64,000 nucleotides of DNA from Escherichia coli (lineage in GTDB: Bacteria > Pseudomonadota > Gammaproteobacteria > Enterobacterales > Enterobacteriaceae). The position numbers were made by a program, and so were the translations under genes. Shown piece by piece: positions 39,215-50,971 of the stretch (position 1 is the first letter of the stretch; every line of letters begins with the position of its first letter). The DNA is taken from NCBI RefSeq assembly GCF_003334355.1, contig NZ_QOWP01000003.1; one strand, written 5' to 3'. The notes below the pieces were generated by a model. The model saw only the letters and a program-made list of their open reading frames with translations. It ran no database searches and was not told the origin of the DNA.

Positions 39215-40352
39215 GTCAGAGCCCCTCGATCTCAATCAGTTAGCGCAAAAAATTAAACAGTGGGGGCTGGAACTGGGCTTTCAGCAGGTAGGTATTACCG
39301 ATACCGATCTCAGCGAGTCCGAGCCCAAACTGCAAGCATGGCTGGACAAACAATACCACGGCGAAATGGACTGGATGGCACGTCACGGTATGCTGCGCGC
39401 TCGCCCTCATGAGTTATTGCCCGGTACGCTGCGCGTGATCAGCGTGCGGATGAATTACCTTCCTGCTAACGCCGCATTTGCCAGCACGCTGAAAAACCCC
39501 AAACTCGGCTATGTTAGCCGTTATGCGCTGGGCCGTGACTATCACAAACTTCTGCGCAACCGACTCAAAAAGCTGGGCGAGATGATTCAGCAACATTGTG
39601 TTTCGCTGAATTTTAGACCGTTTGTCGATTCTGCGCCTATTCTCGAGCGCCCGTTAGCTGAAAAAGCTGGGCTCGGCTGGACAGGTAAGCACTCACTTAT
39701 CCTCAATCGCGAGGCCGGTTCGTTCTTCTTTTTAGGCGAATTGCTGGTCGATATTCCGCTGCCCGTGGATCAACCAGTCGAGGAAGGATGCGGCAAATGC
39801 GTGGCCTGTATGACGATTTGCCCGACCGGTGCCATCGTCGAGCCATATACCGTCGATGCTCGCCGCTGTATCTCTTATCTCACCATCGAACTTGAAGGGG
39901 CGATCCCGGAAGAGTTGCGACCGTTAATGGGAAACCGTATTTACGGTTGCGATGACTGCCAGCTTATCTGCCCGTGGAATCGCTATTCACAACTCACCAC
40001 AGAAGAGGATTTCAGCCCGCGTAAGCCGCTACACGCACCGGAACTCATTGAGTTATTCGCCTGGAGCGAAGAGAAGTTTTTAAAAGTCACGGAAGGATCG
40101 GCGATTCGTCGTATTGGTCACCTGCGTTGGCTGCGTAATATCGCCGTAGCATTAGGCAATGCCCCTTGGGATGAAACGATTTTGACAGCGCTGGAAAGTC
40201 GTAAAGGTGAGCACCCACTTCTCGATGAGCACATAGCGTGGGCGATTGCGCAGCAAATAGAGAGACGAAATGCGTGCATAGTCGAAGTGCAATTGCCGAA
40301 AAAACAGCGTCTGGTTCGGGTGATTGAAAAAGGGTTACCGCGTGACGCCTGA
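39213..40352 (+). CDS. queG: Epoxyqueuosine reductase QueG (4Fe-4S, cobalamin-dependent)
   Basis: 379 aa from ATG 39213 (MSEPLDLNQLAQ…); ferredoxin-type Cys clusters (CGKCVACMTICP, CDDCQLICP). Confidence 0.92.
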
Positions 40353-40621
40353 TTCATCCACAGCTTGTGAATAAAAATAAAAACGCATTGCAATTCAAGA
40401 CGAATAAAATCGTCAAGTGATCGACTCGACAAAACGGAATCTTAATTTTTAACTTATCTATCAATAGGTTAAAAAAATACTATTCACCGTGCGAAGTTTC
40501 TTTGAAATTAAGATTACAGCCTGAGGCTGTGGATAACTCTGTTTACAAGAGTTTGTCAGAGACAACAAAAACCAGCAATAACGCATCGCGTCGCTGTGGA
40601 TATTTTATTGAGAGAAGAATT

Positions 40622-40697
<76 letters not shown>

Positions 40698-40854
40698 TTA
40701 ATCTTCGTCTTTCGAACCGCTACTGCCTTGGCTGCCTTCACTCACCTTAGTCACATACTTTTGTAAGTTCCCAAGGATTCGTTCAGTTGCCGCCTTGTCG
40801 CAATTCGAAATACTGCGATTGGGTGGTCTGTGCTTTGCAGCACTTTTCAAATTT

Positions 40855-40930
<76 letters not shown>

Positions 40931-41140
40931 GTACTATTTAATTTTGCTTTCGTAATTTTCGCATTTCTGCGTCGTTACGGGAGGCGCATTATACGAGAAA
41001 TCTTTCCCTCTGCAACCCCCCAAAAAAGTTTTTTTTGCGTTTTTATCTCAAGTGCTGAAATTATCAGCAAGACGTTCAATTTAGCGTCAAAATCACGCCG
41101 CCGCAAGTGGATTCCGGCGCTTACGTGACCAGGAAAAATT

Positions 41141-41686
41141 TTACAGCTTGATAAAATGCTCGCGGTAGTAAGCCAGCTCCGCCACCGATTCACGGATATC
41201 ATCCATCGCCTGATGCGTCCCCTGCTTGGTAAAACCATCCAGAATTTCCGGCTTCCAGCGGCGCGCCAGCTCTTTCAGGGTGCTGACATCGAGATAACGG
41301 TAGTGGAAGTAGGCTTCCAGCTCCGGCATGTATTTAAACAGGAAACGACGGTCCTGACCGATGCTGTTACCGCAAATCGGCGATTTTCCCGCAGGCACCC
41401 ACTGTTTTAAAAATTCGAGCGTTGCCAGTTCAGCTTCCCGATCGCCCATCGTGCTCGCTTTCACGCGCTCTACCAGCCCGCTGGCGGTATGGGTGCGCAC
41501 GTTCCAGTCATCCATCAGCGCCAGCTGTTCATCAGACTGGTGTACTGCAATGGTCGGCCCTTCTGCCAGAATATTCAGGTTGGCATCGGTCACCAGCGTG
41601 GCAATCTCAATAATGCGATCGCGCTCGGGATCCAGACCGGTCATCTCAAGATCGATCCAAATCAGGTTGTTTTCATTGGCACTCAT
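41141..41686 (-). CDS. orn: Oligoribonuclease
   Basis: 181 aa from ATG at 41684-41686 ([27 protein letters not shown]…); DEDDh exonuclease. Confidence 0.95.
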
Positions 41687-41780
41687 GCTATTTTCCACCC
41701 ATTCACAGTGACTATATTGATCCACAATTGCGTGTATCATAGATGTTTTGCCCATCAGGGGCGACCAGGAGTCTGTACGA

Positions 41781-42833
41781 TTGAGTAAAAATAAACTCTC
41801 CAAAGGCCAGCAGCGCCGCGTGAACGCCAATCACCAGCGTCGTCTTAAAACGTCTAAGGAGAAGCCCGACTACGACGACAATCTGTTTGGCGAGCCTGAT
41901 GAAGGTATCGTCATCAGCCGCTTTGGTATGCACGCTGATGTGGAATCCGCCGATGGCGACGTTCACCGCTGCAATATTCGCCGTACCATCCGTTCGCTGG
42001 TAACCGGCGACCGCGTAGTCTGGCGTCCGGGTAAACCGGCGGCGGAAGGCGTAAATGTCAAAGGGATCGTGGAAGCGGTGCATGAGCGTACCTCGGTGTT
42101 GACGCGTCCGGATTTCTACGACGGCGTAAAACCTATTGCCGCCAACATCGACCAGATTGTCATTGTCTCCGCCATTTTGCCGGAGCTGTCGCTCAATATT
42201 ATCGACCGTTACCTGGTGGCCTGCGAAACCTTGCAGATTGAGCCGATTATTGTGCTCAACAAGATAGACCTGCTGGACGACGAAGGCATGGCGTTCGTCA
42301 ACGAGCAGATGGATATCTACCGCAATATCGGTTATCGCGTATTGATGGTTTCCAGCCATACTCAGGATGGGCTAAAACCGCTGGAAGAGGCGTTGACCGG
42401 GCGCATCAGCATTTTTGCCGGGCAGTCTGGCGTCGGCAAATCCAGCCTGCTGAATGCGTTGCTGGGGCTGCAAAAAGAGATCCTGACCAACGATATCTCT
42501 GACAACTCGGGGCTCGGTCAGCACACCACGACCGCCGCTCGGCTGTATCACTTCCCGCACGGCGGTGATGTGATTGACTCCCCAGGAGTGCGTGAGTTCG
42601 GCCTCTGGCACCTGGAGCCGGAACAAATCACTCAGGGCTTTGTCGAATTCCATGACTATTTAGGTCTGTGTAAATATCGCGATTGCAAACACGATACCGA
42701 TCCGGGCTGCGCTATCCGGGAAGCGGTTGAGGAAGGGAAAATCGCGGAAACCCGTTTCGAAAACTATCACCGTATTCTGGAAAGCATGGCGCAGGTAAAA
42801 ACGCGTAAAAACTTTTCTGATACGGATGACTGA
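41781..42833 (+). CDS. rsgA: Ribosome small-subunit biogenesis GTPase RsgA (YjeQ)
   Basis: 350 aa from TTG 41781 ([14 protein letters not shown]…); GxxGVGKS P-loop and C-terminal zinc-finger cysteines. Confidence 0.93.
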
Positions 42834-42929
42834 CAATTAAGCTAACCGTCGTTAGAATCGTCCCCTTTTTTTCAGGATCCGGCATGTAGGCCGGATCAGG
42901 AACGACAAAACAATGGCCTGGAGGCTACC

Positions 42930-43898
42930 TTGTTAAATTCATTTAAACTTTCGCTACAGTACATTCTGCCGAAACTATGGCTTACTCGCCTGGCGGGTTG
43001 GGGCGCAAGCAAGCGGGCAGGATGGCTGACAAAACTGGTTATCGATCTGTTCGTTAAATACTACAAGGTCGACATGAAAGAGGCGCAAAAGCCGGACACC
43101 GCCAGCTACCGCACCTTTAACGAATTCTTTGTCCGTCCGCTGCGTGACGAAGTACGCCCAATTGATACCGATCCGAATGTACTGGTCATGCCTGCCGATG
43201 GCGTTATCAGCCAGTTGGGTAAAATCGAAGAAGATAAAATCCTGCAAGCCAAAGGCCACAACTACAGCCTCGAAGCCCTGCTGGCAGGCAACTATCTGAT
43301 GGCGGACCTGTTCCGCAACGGTACGTTTGTGACCACTTACCTCTCCCCGCGTGACTACCACCGCGTACACATGCCGTGCAACGGTATTCTGCGTGAGATG
43401 ATCTACGTGCCGGGCGATCTCTTCTCCGTTAACCATCTCACGGCTCAGAACGTGCCGAATCTGTTTGCCCGTAACGAACGCGTGATTTGCCTTTTCGATA
43501 CCGAATTTGGCCCAATGGCGCAGATTCTGGTCGGAGCGACGATTGTTGGCAGCATTGAGACGGTCTGGGCGGGCACCATTACGCCGCCGCGCGAAGGTAT
43601 CATCAAGCGCTGGACCTGGCCTGCCGGGGAAAACGACGGTTCTGTGGCACTGCTGAAAGGCCAGGAAATGGGTCGCTTTAAACTCGGTTCCACCGTTATC
43701 AACCTGTTTGCACCGGGTAAAGTGAATCTGGTTGAGCAACTGGAAAGCCTGTCTGTCACGAAAATTGGCCAGCCGCTGGCAGTATCTACCGAAACCTTTG
43801 TTACGCCAGACGCTGAACCTGCCCCGCTTCCTGCTGAAGAGATCGAAGCAGAACACGACGCCAGCCCATTGGTTGACGACAAAAAAGACCAGGTCTAA
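42930..43898 (+). CDS. psd: Phosphatidylserine decarboxylase proenzyme
   Basis: 322 aa, [24 protein letters not shown]…, LGST self-cleavage motif. Confidence 0.95.
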
Positions 43899-43919
43899 TC
43901 CATCAAAGGAAACGCTGAC

Positions 43920-46900
43920 GTGCGCCTGATTATCACTTTTCTGATGGCCTGGTGCCTCAGTTGGGGGGCGTACGCCGCGACGGCCCCCGATAGCAAACAA
44001 ATCACTCAGGAACTGGAGCAGGCAAAAGCGGCGAAACCCGCACAGCCGGAAGTCGTAGAGGCGCTCCAGTCTGCCTTAAATGCGCTTGAGGAACGAAAAG
44101 GTTCCCTTGAGCGCATCAAACAATATCAGCAAGTTATCGATAATTATCCGAAACTCTCCGCTACTCTGCGCGCACAATTAAACAACATGCGTGACGAGCC
44201 GCGCAGCGTGTCGCCGGGAATGTCTACCGACGCGCTGAATCAGGAAATTCTCCAGGTCAGCAGCCAGTTGCTGGATAAAAGCCGTCAGGCCCAGCAAGAG
44301 CAGGAGCGCGCCCGCGAGATTGCCGATTCGCTGAATCAACTGCCGCAACAGCAAACCGACGCCCGCCGTCAGTTAAATGAGATCGAGCGCCGCCTGGGAA
44401 CGCTTACCGGCAATACTCCGCTCAATCAGGCACAAAATTTCGCGTTGCAGTCTGACTCTGCACGTCTTAAGGCGCTCGTTGATGAACTGGAGCTGGCGCA
44501 GCTGTCTGCCAATAACCGCCAGGAATTAGCGCGCTTACGCTCAGAGCTGGCGGAAAAAGAGAGCCAGCAACTGGATGCGTATTTGCAGGCCTTGCGTAAT
44601 CAATTAAACAGCCAACGTCAGCTTGAGGCGGAGCGGGCGCTGGAAAGTACCGAATTGCTGGCAGAAAACAGCGCCGATTTGCCGAAAGATATCGTCGCGC
44701 AATTCAAAATTAACCGCGAACTATCGGCGGCTTTGAATCAACAGGCGCAGCGGATGGATCTCGTTGCCTCGCAACAGCGTCAGGCTGCCAGCCAGACGTT
44801 ACAGGTCCGGCAGGCGTTGAATACGCTGCGTGAACAGTCGCAATGGCTGGGATCGTCCAATCTGCTCGGCGAAGCGCTGCGGGCGCAGGTGGCACGGCTG
44901 CCGGAAATGCCGAAACCACAACAGCTTGATACCGAAATGGCGCAGTTGCGTGTGCAACGGTTACGTTATGAGGATCTGCTTAATAAACAGCCGCTGCTAC
45001 GGCAAATTCATCAGGCCGACGGTCAGCCGCTGACTGCCGAGCAAAACCGTATTCTGGAAGCACAACTGCGCACTCAGCGTGAGTTGCTGAACTCATTGTT
45101 GCAGGGTGGCGACACGCTACTATTGGAACTGACCAAGCTGAAAGTCTCCAACGGGCAACTGGAGGATGCGCTGAAAGAGGTGAACGAAGCAACGCACCGC
45201 TATCTGTTCTGGACCTCTGACGTGCGCCCGATGACCATCGCCTGGCCGCTGGAAATCGCCCAGGATCTGCGTCGTCTCATTTCGCTGGACACCTTCAGTC
45301 AGTTGGGCAAAGCCAGTGTGATGATGCTGACCAGCAAAGAGACAATTTTGCCGCTGTTTGGCGCGTTGATTCTGGTCGGTTGCAGTATTTACTCGCGCCG
45401 CTATTTCACCCGTTTTCTTGAACGTTCGGCGGCGAAAGTTGGCAAAGTGACTCAGGATCACTTCTGGCTGACGTTGCGCACTCTTTTCTGGTCGATTCTC
45501 GTCGCGTCACCGTTACCGGTGCTGTGGATGACGCTGGGTTACGGCTTGCGCGAGGCGTGGCCTTATCCGCTGGCGGTCGCGATTGGCGATGGTGTAACGG
45601 CCACCGTGCCGCTGCTGTGGGTAGTGATGATTTGCGCCACCTTTGCCCGCCCGAACGGCTTGTTTATCGCTCATTTTGGCTGGCCGCGCGAACGTGTTTC
45701 CCGTGGGATGCGCTACTACCTGATGAGCATCGGGCTTATTGTGCCGCTGATTATGGCGCTGATGATGTTCGATAACCTCGACGACCGTGAATTCTCCGGT
45801 TCGCTGGGACGGCTTTGCTTTATCCTCATTTGCGGTGCGCTGGCGGTGGTCACCCTCAGCCTGAAAAAGGCCGGGATTCCGCTGTATCTCAACAAAGAGG
45901 GCAGCGGCGACAACATTACCAACCATATGCTGTGGAACATGATGATTGGCGCGCCGTTGGTTGCCATTCTGGCGTCGGCGGTGGGTTATCTGGCAACGGC
46001 ACAGGCGCTGTTAGCGAGGCTTGAAACCTCGGTTGCCATCTGGTTCCTGCTACTGGTGGTTTATCACGTTATCCGCCGCTGGATGCTGATCCAGCGCCGC
46101 AGGCTGGCGTTTGATCGGGCGAAGCATCGCCGGGCAGAGATGTTAGCGCAACGTGCGCGTGGCGAAGAGGAAGCGCATCATCACAGTAGCCCGGAAGGAG
46201 CAATTGAAGTCGATGAAAGCGAAGTCGATCTCGATGCCATCAGTGCGCAATCCTTGCGGCTGGTGCGCTCAATTTTGATGTTGATCGCCCTGCTTTCTGT
46301 CATTGTGCTGTGGTCAGAAATCCATTCCGCTTTCGGCTTCCTCGAAAATATTTCGCTGTGGGATGTCACCTCCACGGTACAGGGCGTAGAAAGTCTGGAG
46401 CCAATTACCCTCGGTGCGGTGCTGATTGCCATTCTGGTGTTTATCATCACCACGCAGCTGGTGCGCAACTTGCCCGCGCTGCTGGAACTGGCGATTTTGC
46501 AGCACCTGGATTTAACGCCGGGTACGGGTTACGCCATCACCACCATCACCAAATATCTGCTGATGCTGATTGGCGGGCTGGTCGGCTTCTCAATGATTGG
46601 TATTGAGTGGTCGAAATTGCAGTGGCTGGTTGCCGCGCTCGGTGTTGGTCTCGGTTTTGGTTTGCAGGAAATTTTCGCCAACTTTATCTCTGGTCTGATT
46701 ATCCTGTTCGAAAAACCGATTCGCATTGGCGATACGGTGACAATTCGCGATCTCACCGGTAGCGTGACGAAAATTAACACCCGCGCCACCACCATCAGCG
46801 ACTGGGACCGTAAAGAGATAATCGTGCCGAACAAGGCGTTTATTACCGAGCAGTTTATCAACTGGTCGCTCTCTGACTCGGTCACGCGCGTGGTGTTGAC

Positions 46901-47243
46901 GATACCGGCCCCTGCCGATGCCAATAGCGAAGAAGTGACGGAAATCCTGCTCACCGCAGCGCGTCGCTGCTCGCTGGTGATCGACAACCCGGCACCGGAA
47001 GTCTTCCTGGTGGATCTGCAACAGGGGATTCAGATTTTCGAGCTGCGTATTTACGCCGCTGAGATGGGTCACCGTATGCCGCTACGCCATGAGATCCACC
47101 AGCTGATTCTGGCTGGCTTCCATGCCCACGGTATCGATATGCCATTCCCGCCCTTCCAGATGCGTCTGGAAAGCCTCAACGGTAAACAAACGGGGAGAAC
47201 GCTGACGTCTGCGGGCAAAGGTCGTCAGGCGGGAAGTTTGTAA
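43920..47243 (+). CDS. mscM: Miniconductance mechanosensitive channel MscM (YjeP; MscS family with large periplasmic coiled-coil domain)
   Basis: 1107 aa, GTG start, signal peptide, long coiled-coil region, multi-TM region and MscS-like C-terminal domain. Confidence 0.92.
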   Translation: MRLIITFLMAWCLSWGAYAATAPDSKQITQELEQAKAAKPAQPEVVEALQSALNALEERKGSLERIKQYQQVIDNYPKLSATLRAQLNNMRDEPRSVSPGMSTDALNQEILQVSSQLLDKSRQAQQEQERAREIADSLNQLPQQQTDARRQLNEIERRLGTLTGNTPLNQAQNFALQSDSARLKALVDELELAQLSANNRQELARLRSELAEKESQQLDAYLQALRNQLNSQRQLEAERALESTELLAENSADLPKDIVAQFKINRELSAALNQQAQRMDLVASQQRQAASQTLQVRQALNTLREQSQWLGSSNLLGEALRAQVARLPEMPKPQQLDTEMAQLRVQRLRYEDLLNKQPLLRQIHQADGQPLTAEQNRILEAQLRTQRELLNSLLQGGDTLLLELTKLKVSNGQLEDALKEVNEATHRYLFWTSDVRPMTIAWPLEIAQDLRRLISLDTFSQLGKASVMMLTSKETILPLFGALILVGCSIYSRRYFTRFLERSAAKVGKVTQDHFWLTLRTLFWSILVASPLPVLWMTLGYGLREAWPYPLAVAIGDGVTATVPLLWVVMICATFARPNGLFIAHFGWPRERVSRGMRYYLMSIGLIVPLIMALMMFDNLDDREFSGSLGRLCFILICGALAVVTLSLKKAGIPLYLNKEGSGDNITNHMLWNMMIGAPLVAILASAVGYLATAQALLARLETSVAIWFLLLVVYHVIRRWMLIQRRRLAFDRAKHRRAEMLAQRARGEEEAHHHSSPEGAIEVDESEVDLDAISAQSLRLVRSILMLIALLSVIVLWSEIHSAFGFLENISLWDVTSTVQGVESLEPITLGAVLIAILVFIITTQLVRNLPALLELAILQHLDLTPGTGYAITTITKYLLMLIGGLVGFSMIGIEWSKLQWLVAALGVGLGFGLQEIFANFISGLIILFEKPIRIGDTVTIRDLTGSVTKINTRATTISDWDRKEIIVPNKAFITEQFINWSLSDSVTRVVLTIPAPADANSEEVTEILLTAARRCSLVIDNPAPEVFLVDLQQGIQIFELRIYAAEMGHRMPLRHEIHQLILAGFHAHGIDMPFPPFQMRLESLNGKQTGRTLTSAGKGRQAGSL

Positions 47244-47271
47244 GTTTGTGTGCCGGATGAACCAATCCGGC

Positions 47272-47586
47272 TCACAAACAAAACTGATAGCGCAGAAAAA
47301 ACTGCCACAGCCAGTAGCCGAAAATAGCCAGCGCGGTGGCGTACATAAACCAGCCGCGTTTTTTTCGCCACAAAGCGAACCAGAGAAAAGGGAAAAAGAG
47401 CGGTAACGTCATTATCACACCAACATCACGGGTATCGTCTTCTTCGAGATACATCAACACATCGCAGACGTTGTTAATCCCGCGTCCATCAATCATCCAC
47501 TCTTTGTCCAGCGCGGAAGTGATGGTTATCCAGAGGAACGCCACAATAAACCAGATGCAGCATAAGACAAACATGCGCGCACTCAT
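47272..47586 (-). CDS. yjeO: Inner-membrane protein YjeO
   Basis: 104 aa hydrophobic ORF. Confidence 0.7.
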   Translation of the reverse strand: MSARMFVLCCIWFIVAFLWITITSALDKEWMIDGRGINNVCDVLMYLEEDDTRDVGVIMTLPLFFPFLWFALWRKKRGWFMYATALAIFGYWLWQFFLRYQFCL

Positions 47587-47897
47587 AAGGTAACCGGTCG
47601 CTTAATTTCGCTATAGCGCATACGAAACAAATCGCCGTATCCCACTAATTCCCCGCGAAAAACCAGACATCGGATAAGATAAGCGCAATAAATATCCGGC
47701 AGGTTTCCCCACCGTTTACCATCGCGATCTTTGAGGGTGTTAATGGTGCTACCCACCACCATCGCCACTTTACGGGTGTGGCAGGCATCGACAAAAGAGA
47801 GAATCGTCTGCTCTATTTCCGCTACATCCCCGGCAGAAAATTGCAGCGCCCTGATTTCATCTTCGGTTATTGCCGGGTCCCGGCTGGTGTCATCCAT
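47583..47897 (-). CDS. yjeN: Uncharacterised protein YjeN
   Basis: 104 aa ORF overlapping the yjeO start by 4 nt. Confidence 0.65.
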   Translation of the reverse strand: MDDTSRDPAITEDEIRALQFSAGDVAEIEQTILSFVDACHTRKVAMVVGSTINTLKDRDGKRWGNLPDIYCAYLIRCLVFRGELVGYGDLFRMRYSEIKRPVTL

Positions 47898-47948
47898 AAC
47901 ATTTCCTGTCTTTACGCCCTATCGTCAGGTAGACGATAGGGCATCGGG

Positions 47949-49451
47949 TTATTCCACCGCCCACTGCGGATTTTTTGCCACTCTGCTGCAATAGTTCTGG
48001 TAAATCGCCATCGCTAACAGCGAGAAGAAGACAGGGCCGCCAATCATCCACAATGTGCTGTCCCAGTCTCCGGCTTCAACCACAGGTTGAATGATGGTGA
48101 AGACGTTCGCAAATGTCACCACCAGTACGACAACCACTGTCGCAATCATTGCCGACAAATGCGTTTTGAAAATCACAAACGGTCTGTCGAGATCCTGACG
48201 TGCTTTAAAGAACGGGAAAGCCAGCGCGAGGAACAGGTAAGGAAGCGTCATAGACACGTTCGCCATCAGCGTCAGCTTGTTAAAGAACGCCGATGCGGTA
48301 CCGCCACCAAACGAAACCAGCAGGATGAAGACAGTAACCAACCCGCACTGCATCCACATGGCGATAGACGGCATCCCCATCGCATTCAGGCGCGTCATCG
48401 GTTCCGGCCACAATGCTTTCGGCGTCCCCTGGATGATGGCTTTCAACGGTGAATAGCAAAGCGTAAAGAACGCACCGGTATAGGCGAGGAACATCGAAAG
48501 TCCAGTAATACGCGCAAACCATACGCCCAGCGACAATGACGCTTCAGGTGACAAATGCAGTGCATTACCCAGCGTCATCCCAAGGCTCTTCATCAGCACA
48601 TAGGTAATATTGCCGAGGTTAACGGAACCATTACTTAATACCTGCTGCCAGTTTGTGCTGACGCCCCATAAAAATATTGCCAGCGAATAACCGATTGAAA
48701 TAACAATAGCGGCAAAAACAATACCTTTGGCAAAGTTCTTTTCTGGATTTTCCGTTTTATCGACCAGACCACCAACCGCTTCAATTCCGCCATAGGCAAA
48801 AATGGCAAATACCACAAACGATAGCATTGCCAGACCGGACTGATAACCCGGGTTCGGTGATGCAAGGAAATTAATATCCTGCGCGAAATGCCCACCATTT
48901 AATAACAAAATAGTAATGCTTACTAACAGCAATACTAAATTCAGACACATTACTGCAATACCGCCCACCGCAGTAATGCGGGCAATTTTATTAATCCCCT
49001 TAGAAGCAACGACGGTGACCAGAATCATCCATGCCACTGCCAGCAGACCAACCACCTGCGTAGGCTCCAGTCCGGCAATACGCCAGTGCTGGGTCATGTC
49101 GCTACCATAGAGGAATGTTGAGAACGGTACCCAAACTTTCGCGGAGGTACTCACCATCCAGATGATATAAGAGGAAAACCACATAAACGTACCAATGAAG
49201 GCAAAACGTGGTCCGACACTATTATTCATCCAGGAATAGATACCGCCTTCTTCTTTGCGATAAGCAGCTCCCATTTCAGCCATCATTAAGGCGAATGGAA
49301 TAAAGAATAACAATGCAGAAAATATATAAAAGGGAATCGCACTATAACCCATTAAGTAATAAGCCGATGGGCTATTGGCAAATCCAAATACGGAAGTAAA
49401 GATCATCAATATGAGTCCTATCAGACTCATCTTTTTTATCGTGTGAGGCAT
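47949..49451 (-). CDS. yjeM: APC-superfamily amino-acid transporter YjeM
   Basis: 500 aa from ATG at 49449-49451; about 12 TM segments. Confidence 0.88.
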   Translation of the reverse strand: MPHTIKKMSLIGLILMIFTSVFGFANSPSAYYLMGYSAIPFYIFSALLFFIPFALMMAEMGAAYRKEEGGIYSWMNNSVGPRFAFIGTFMWFSSYIIWMVSTSAKVWVPFSTFLYGSDMTQHWRIAGLEPTQVVGLLAVAWMILVTVVASKGINKIARITAVGGIAVMCLNLVLLLVSITILLLNGGHFAQDINFLASPNPGYQSGLAMLSFVVFAIFAYGGIEAVGGLVDKTENPEKNFAKGIVFAAIVISIGYSLAIFLWGVSTNWQQVLSNGSVNLGNITYVLMKSLGMTLGNALHLSPEASLSLGVWFARITGLSMFLAYTGAFFTLCYSPLKAIIQGTPKALWPEPMTRLNAMGMPSIAMWMQCGLVTVFILLVSFGGGTASAFFNKLTLMANVSMTLPYLFLALAFPFFKARQDLDRPFVIFKTHLSAMIATVVVVLVVTFANVFTIIQPVVEAGDWDSTLWMIGGPVFFSLLAMAIYQNYCSRVAKNPQWAVE

Positions 49452-49669
49452 GAAACCATCCTTCATTTCAGCGCGTGTATAACACGTGCCCACTGAACTG
49501 CACTGCGCAACATTGAGCAGGCAGCGTAAAAACCAATACAGAATTGATACCTGGATGATATCAAATATCCAGTCTTAAATTGTGGCCTTTAACGGAAAAA
49601 TGAAAACATATGCTACAGAATGGCGCTTATCACGCCATTCTTCGCTGTTAATTCAGTAATTTTTCAGAA

Positions 49670-50647
49670 TTATGCCCGGTCAACGCTAAAGGCGATGACT
49701 TCAGCCAGTGTCTCCGCGCCCAGCGCCAACATCACCAGACGATCAACACCTAATGCCACGCCGGAACAGTCAGGCATACCGACTTTCAAGGCTTCAATCA
49801 GATTCTGGTCAATGGGGTGCTGCGGCAAACCGCGCGCCGCGCGCTTACGGTTATCTTGTTCAAAGCGTTGTTGCTGCTCACGGGCATCCGTCAATTCATG
49901 GAAACCATTCGCCAGCTCAATACCTTTATAATAAACCTCAAAGCGTTCAGCGACCCGATGATCTTCGGTACTGATTTGCGCCAGTGATGCCTGGCTGGCT
50001 GGAAAGTGGTACACAAAGGTCGGTTTTTCTTTGCCAATATTTGGCTCTACGCCAAAGGTAAACAGCAATTGTAGCAGCGTGTCGCGGTCTTCTTCGGTAT
50101 CAGCAACATTGCTCAAATCCAGTTTCGCTGCGACTTCCCGCAGTTGCGTTTTGTCGGCAGAGAGCGGGTCAATTTCCAGATAACGCAAGAAAGCTTGTTG
50201 ATAAGAAAGGCTTTCTGCTGCCGGGCAGTCCAGCACCTGTTGTAAGAGATCGTCCACCTCGTTCATCAACCGGTACATATCATAGTGCGGTCGATACCAC
50301 TCCAGCATAGTGAACTCAGGGTTGTGATAACGCCCCATCTCTTCATTACGGAAGCTGCGGCACAGCTGGAATACCGGCCCACAACCGGCAACCAGCAGGC
50401 GTTTCATATGGTATTCCGGGCTGGTCATTAACCAGAGATTCATCCCCTGCGAATGCCCGGGGCCAACGAAACGTGTCTCAAACGGGACCAAATGAATATC
50501 GGTTACCGTCGCCTGGCTCATACAAGGCGTCTCCACCTCCAGCACTCCACGATCGGCAAAGAAACGACGGATCTCCGCCATAATCGCCGCGCGTTTTAAT
50601 AAGTTAGGAATGGATGCGCTCGGCTGCCAGGATGCCGTTTCGCTCAT
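49670..50647 (-). CDS. epmA: EF-P lysine34 beta-lysyltransferase EpmA (PoxA; lysyl-tRNA-synthetase paralogue)
   Basis: 325 aa from ATG at 50645-50647 ([11 protein letters not shown]…); class II aaRS catalytic core. Confidence 0.93.
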   Translation of the reverse strand: MSETASWQPSASIPNLLKRAAIMAEIRRFFADRGVLEVETPCMSQATVTDIHLVPFETRFVGPGHSQGMNLWLMTSPEYHMKRLLVAGCGPVFQLCRSFRNEEMGRYHNPEFTMLEWYRPHYDMYRLMNEVDDLLQQVLDCPAAESLSYQQAFLRYLEIDPLSADKTQLREVAAKLDLSNVADTEEDRDTLLQLLFTFGVEPNIGKEKPTFVYHFPASQASLAQISTEDHRVAERFEVYYKGIELANGFHELTDAREQQQRFEQDNRKRAARGLPQHPIDQNLIEALKVGMPDCSGVALGVDRLVMLALGAETLAEVIAFSVDRA

Positions 50648-50824
50648 AGTTAAATCTCCAGTTTTTGACAAGGGCACGAAGTCTACTCGCAACGCGACGG
50701 CGAGACAAATTTTACGCAGGAATCAAACAGCGGTGGGCAGTGACTAAAAAAAGCACGATCTGATGGTTTAGTAATTAAATTAATCATCTTCAGTGATAAT
50801 TTAGCCCTCTTGCGCACTAAAAAA

Positions 50825-50838
50825 ATCGATCTCGTCAA
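50825..50838 (+). promoter_or_regulatory. FNR-binding site of the frdABCD promoter
   Basis: TCGATctcgTCAAA half-site pair (TTGAT-N4-ATCAA-like), about 135 bp upstream of the frdA start. Confidence 0.6.
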
Positions 50839-50971
50839 ATTTCAGACTTATCCATCAGACTATACTGTTGTACCTATAAAGGAGCAGTGGAATAGCGTTC
50901 GCAGACCGTAACTTTCAGGCACTTACCCTGAAGTACGGGGCTGTGGGATAAAAACAATCTGGAGGAATGTC

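Noticed and set aside
40698-40854. Possible degenerate third tRNA-Gly or other RNA gene in the inter-tRNA spacer
   Set aside because: No cloverleaf-compatible sequence or similarity to the flanking tRNA copies is visible by eye; left as an unexplained spacer pending tRNAscan.
41712-42359. 215 aa minus-strand ORF
   Set aside because: Antisense to rsgA; shadow ORF.
42975-44000. 341 aa minus-strand ORF
   Set aside because: Antisense to psd; shadow ORF.
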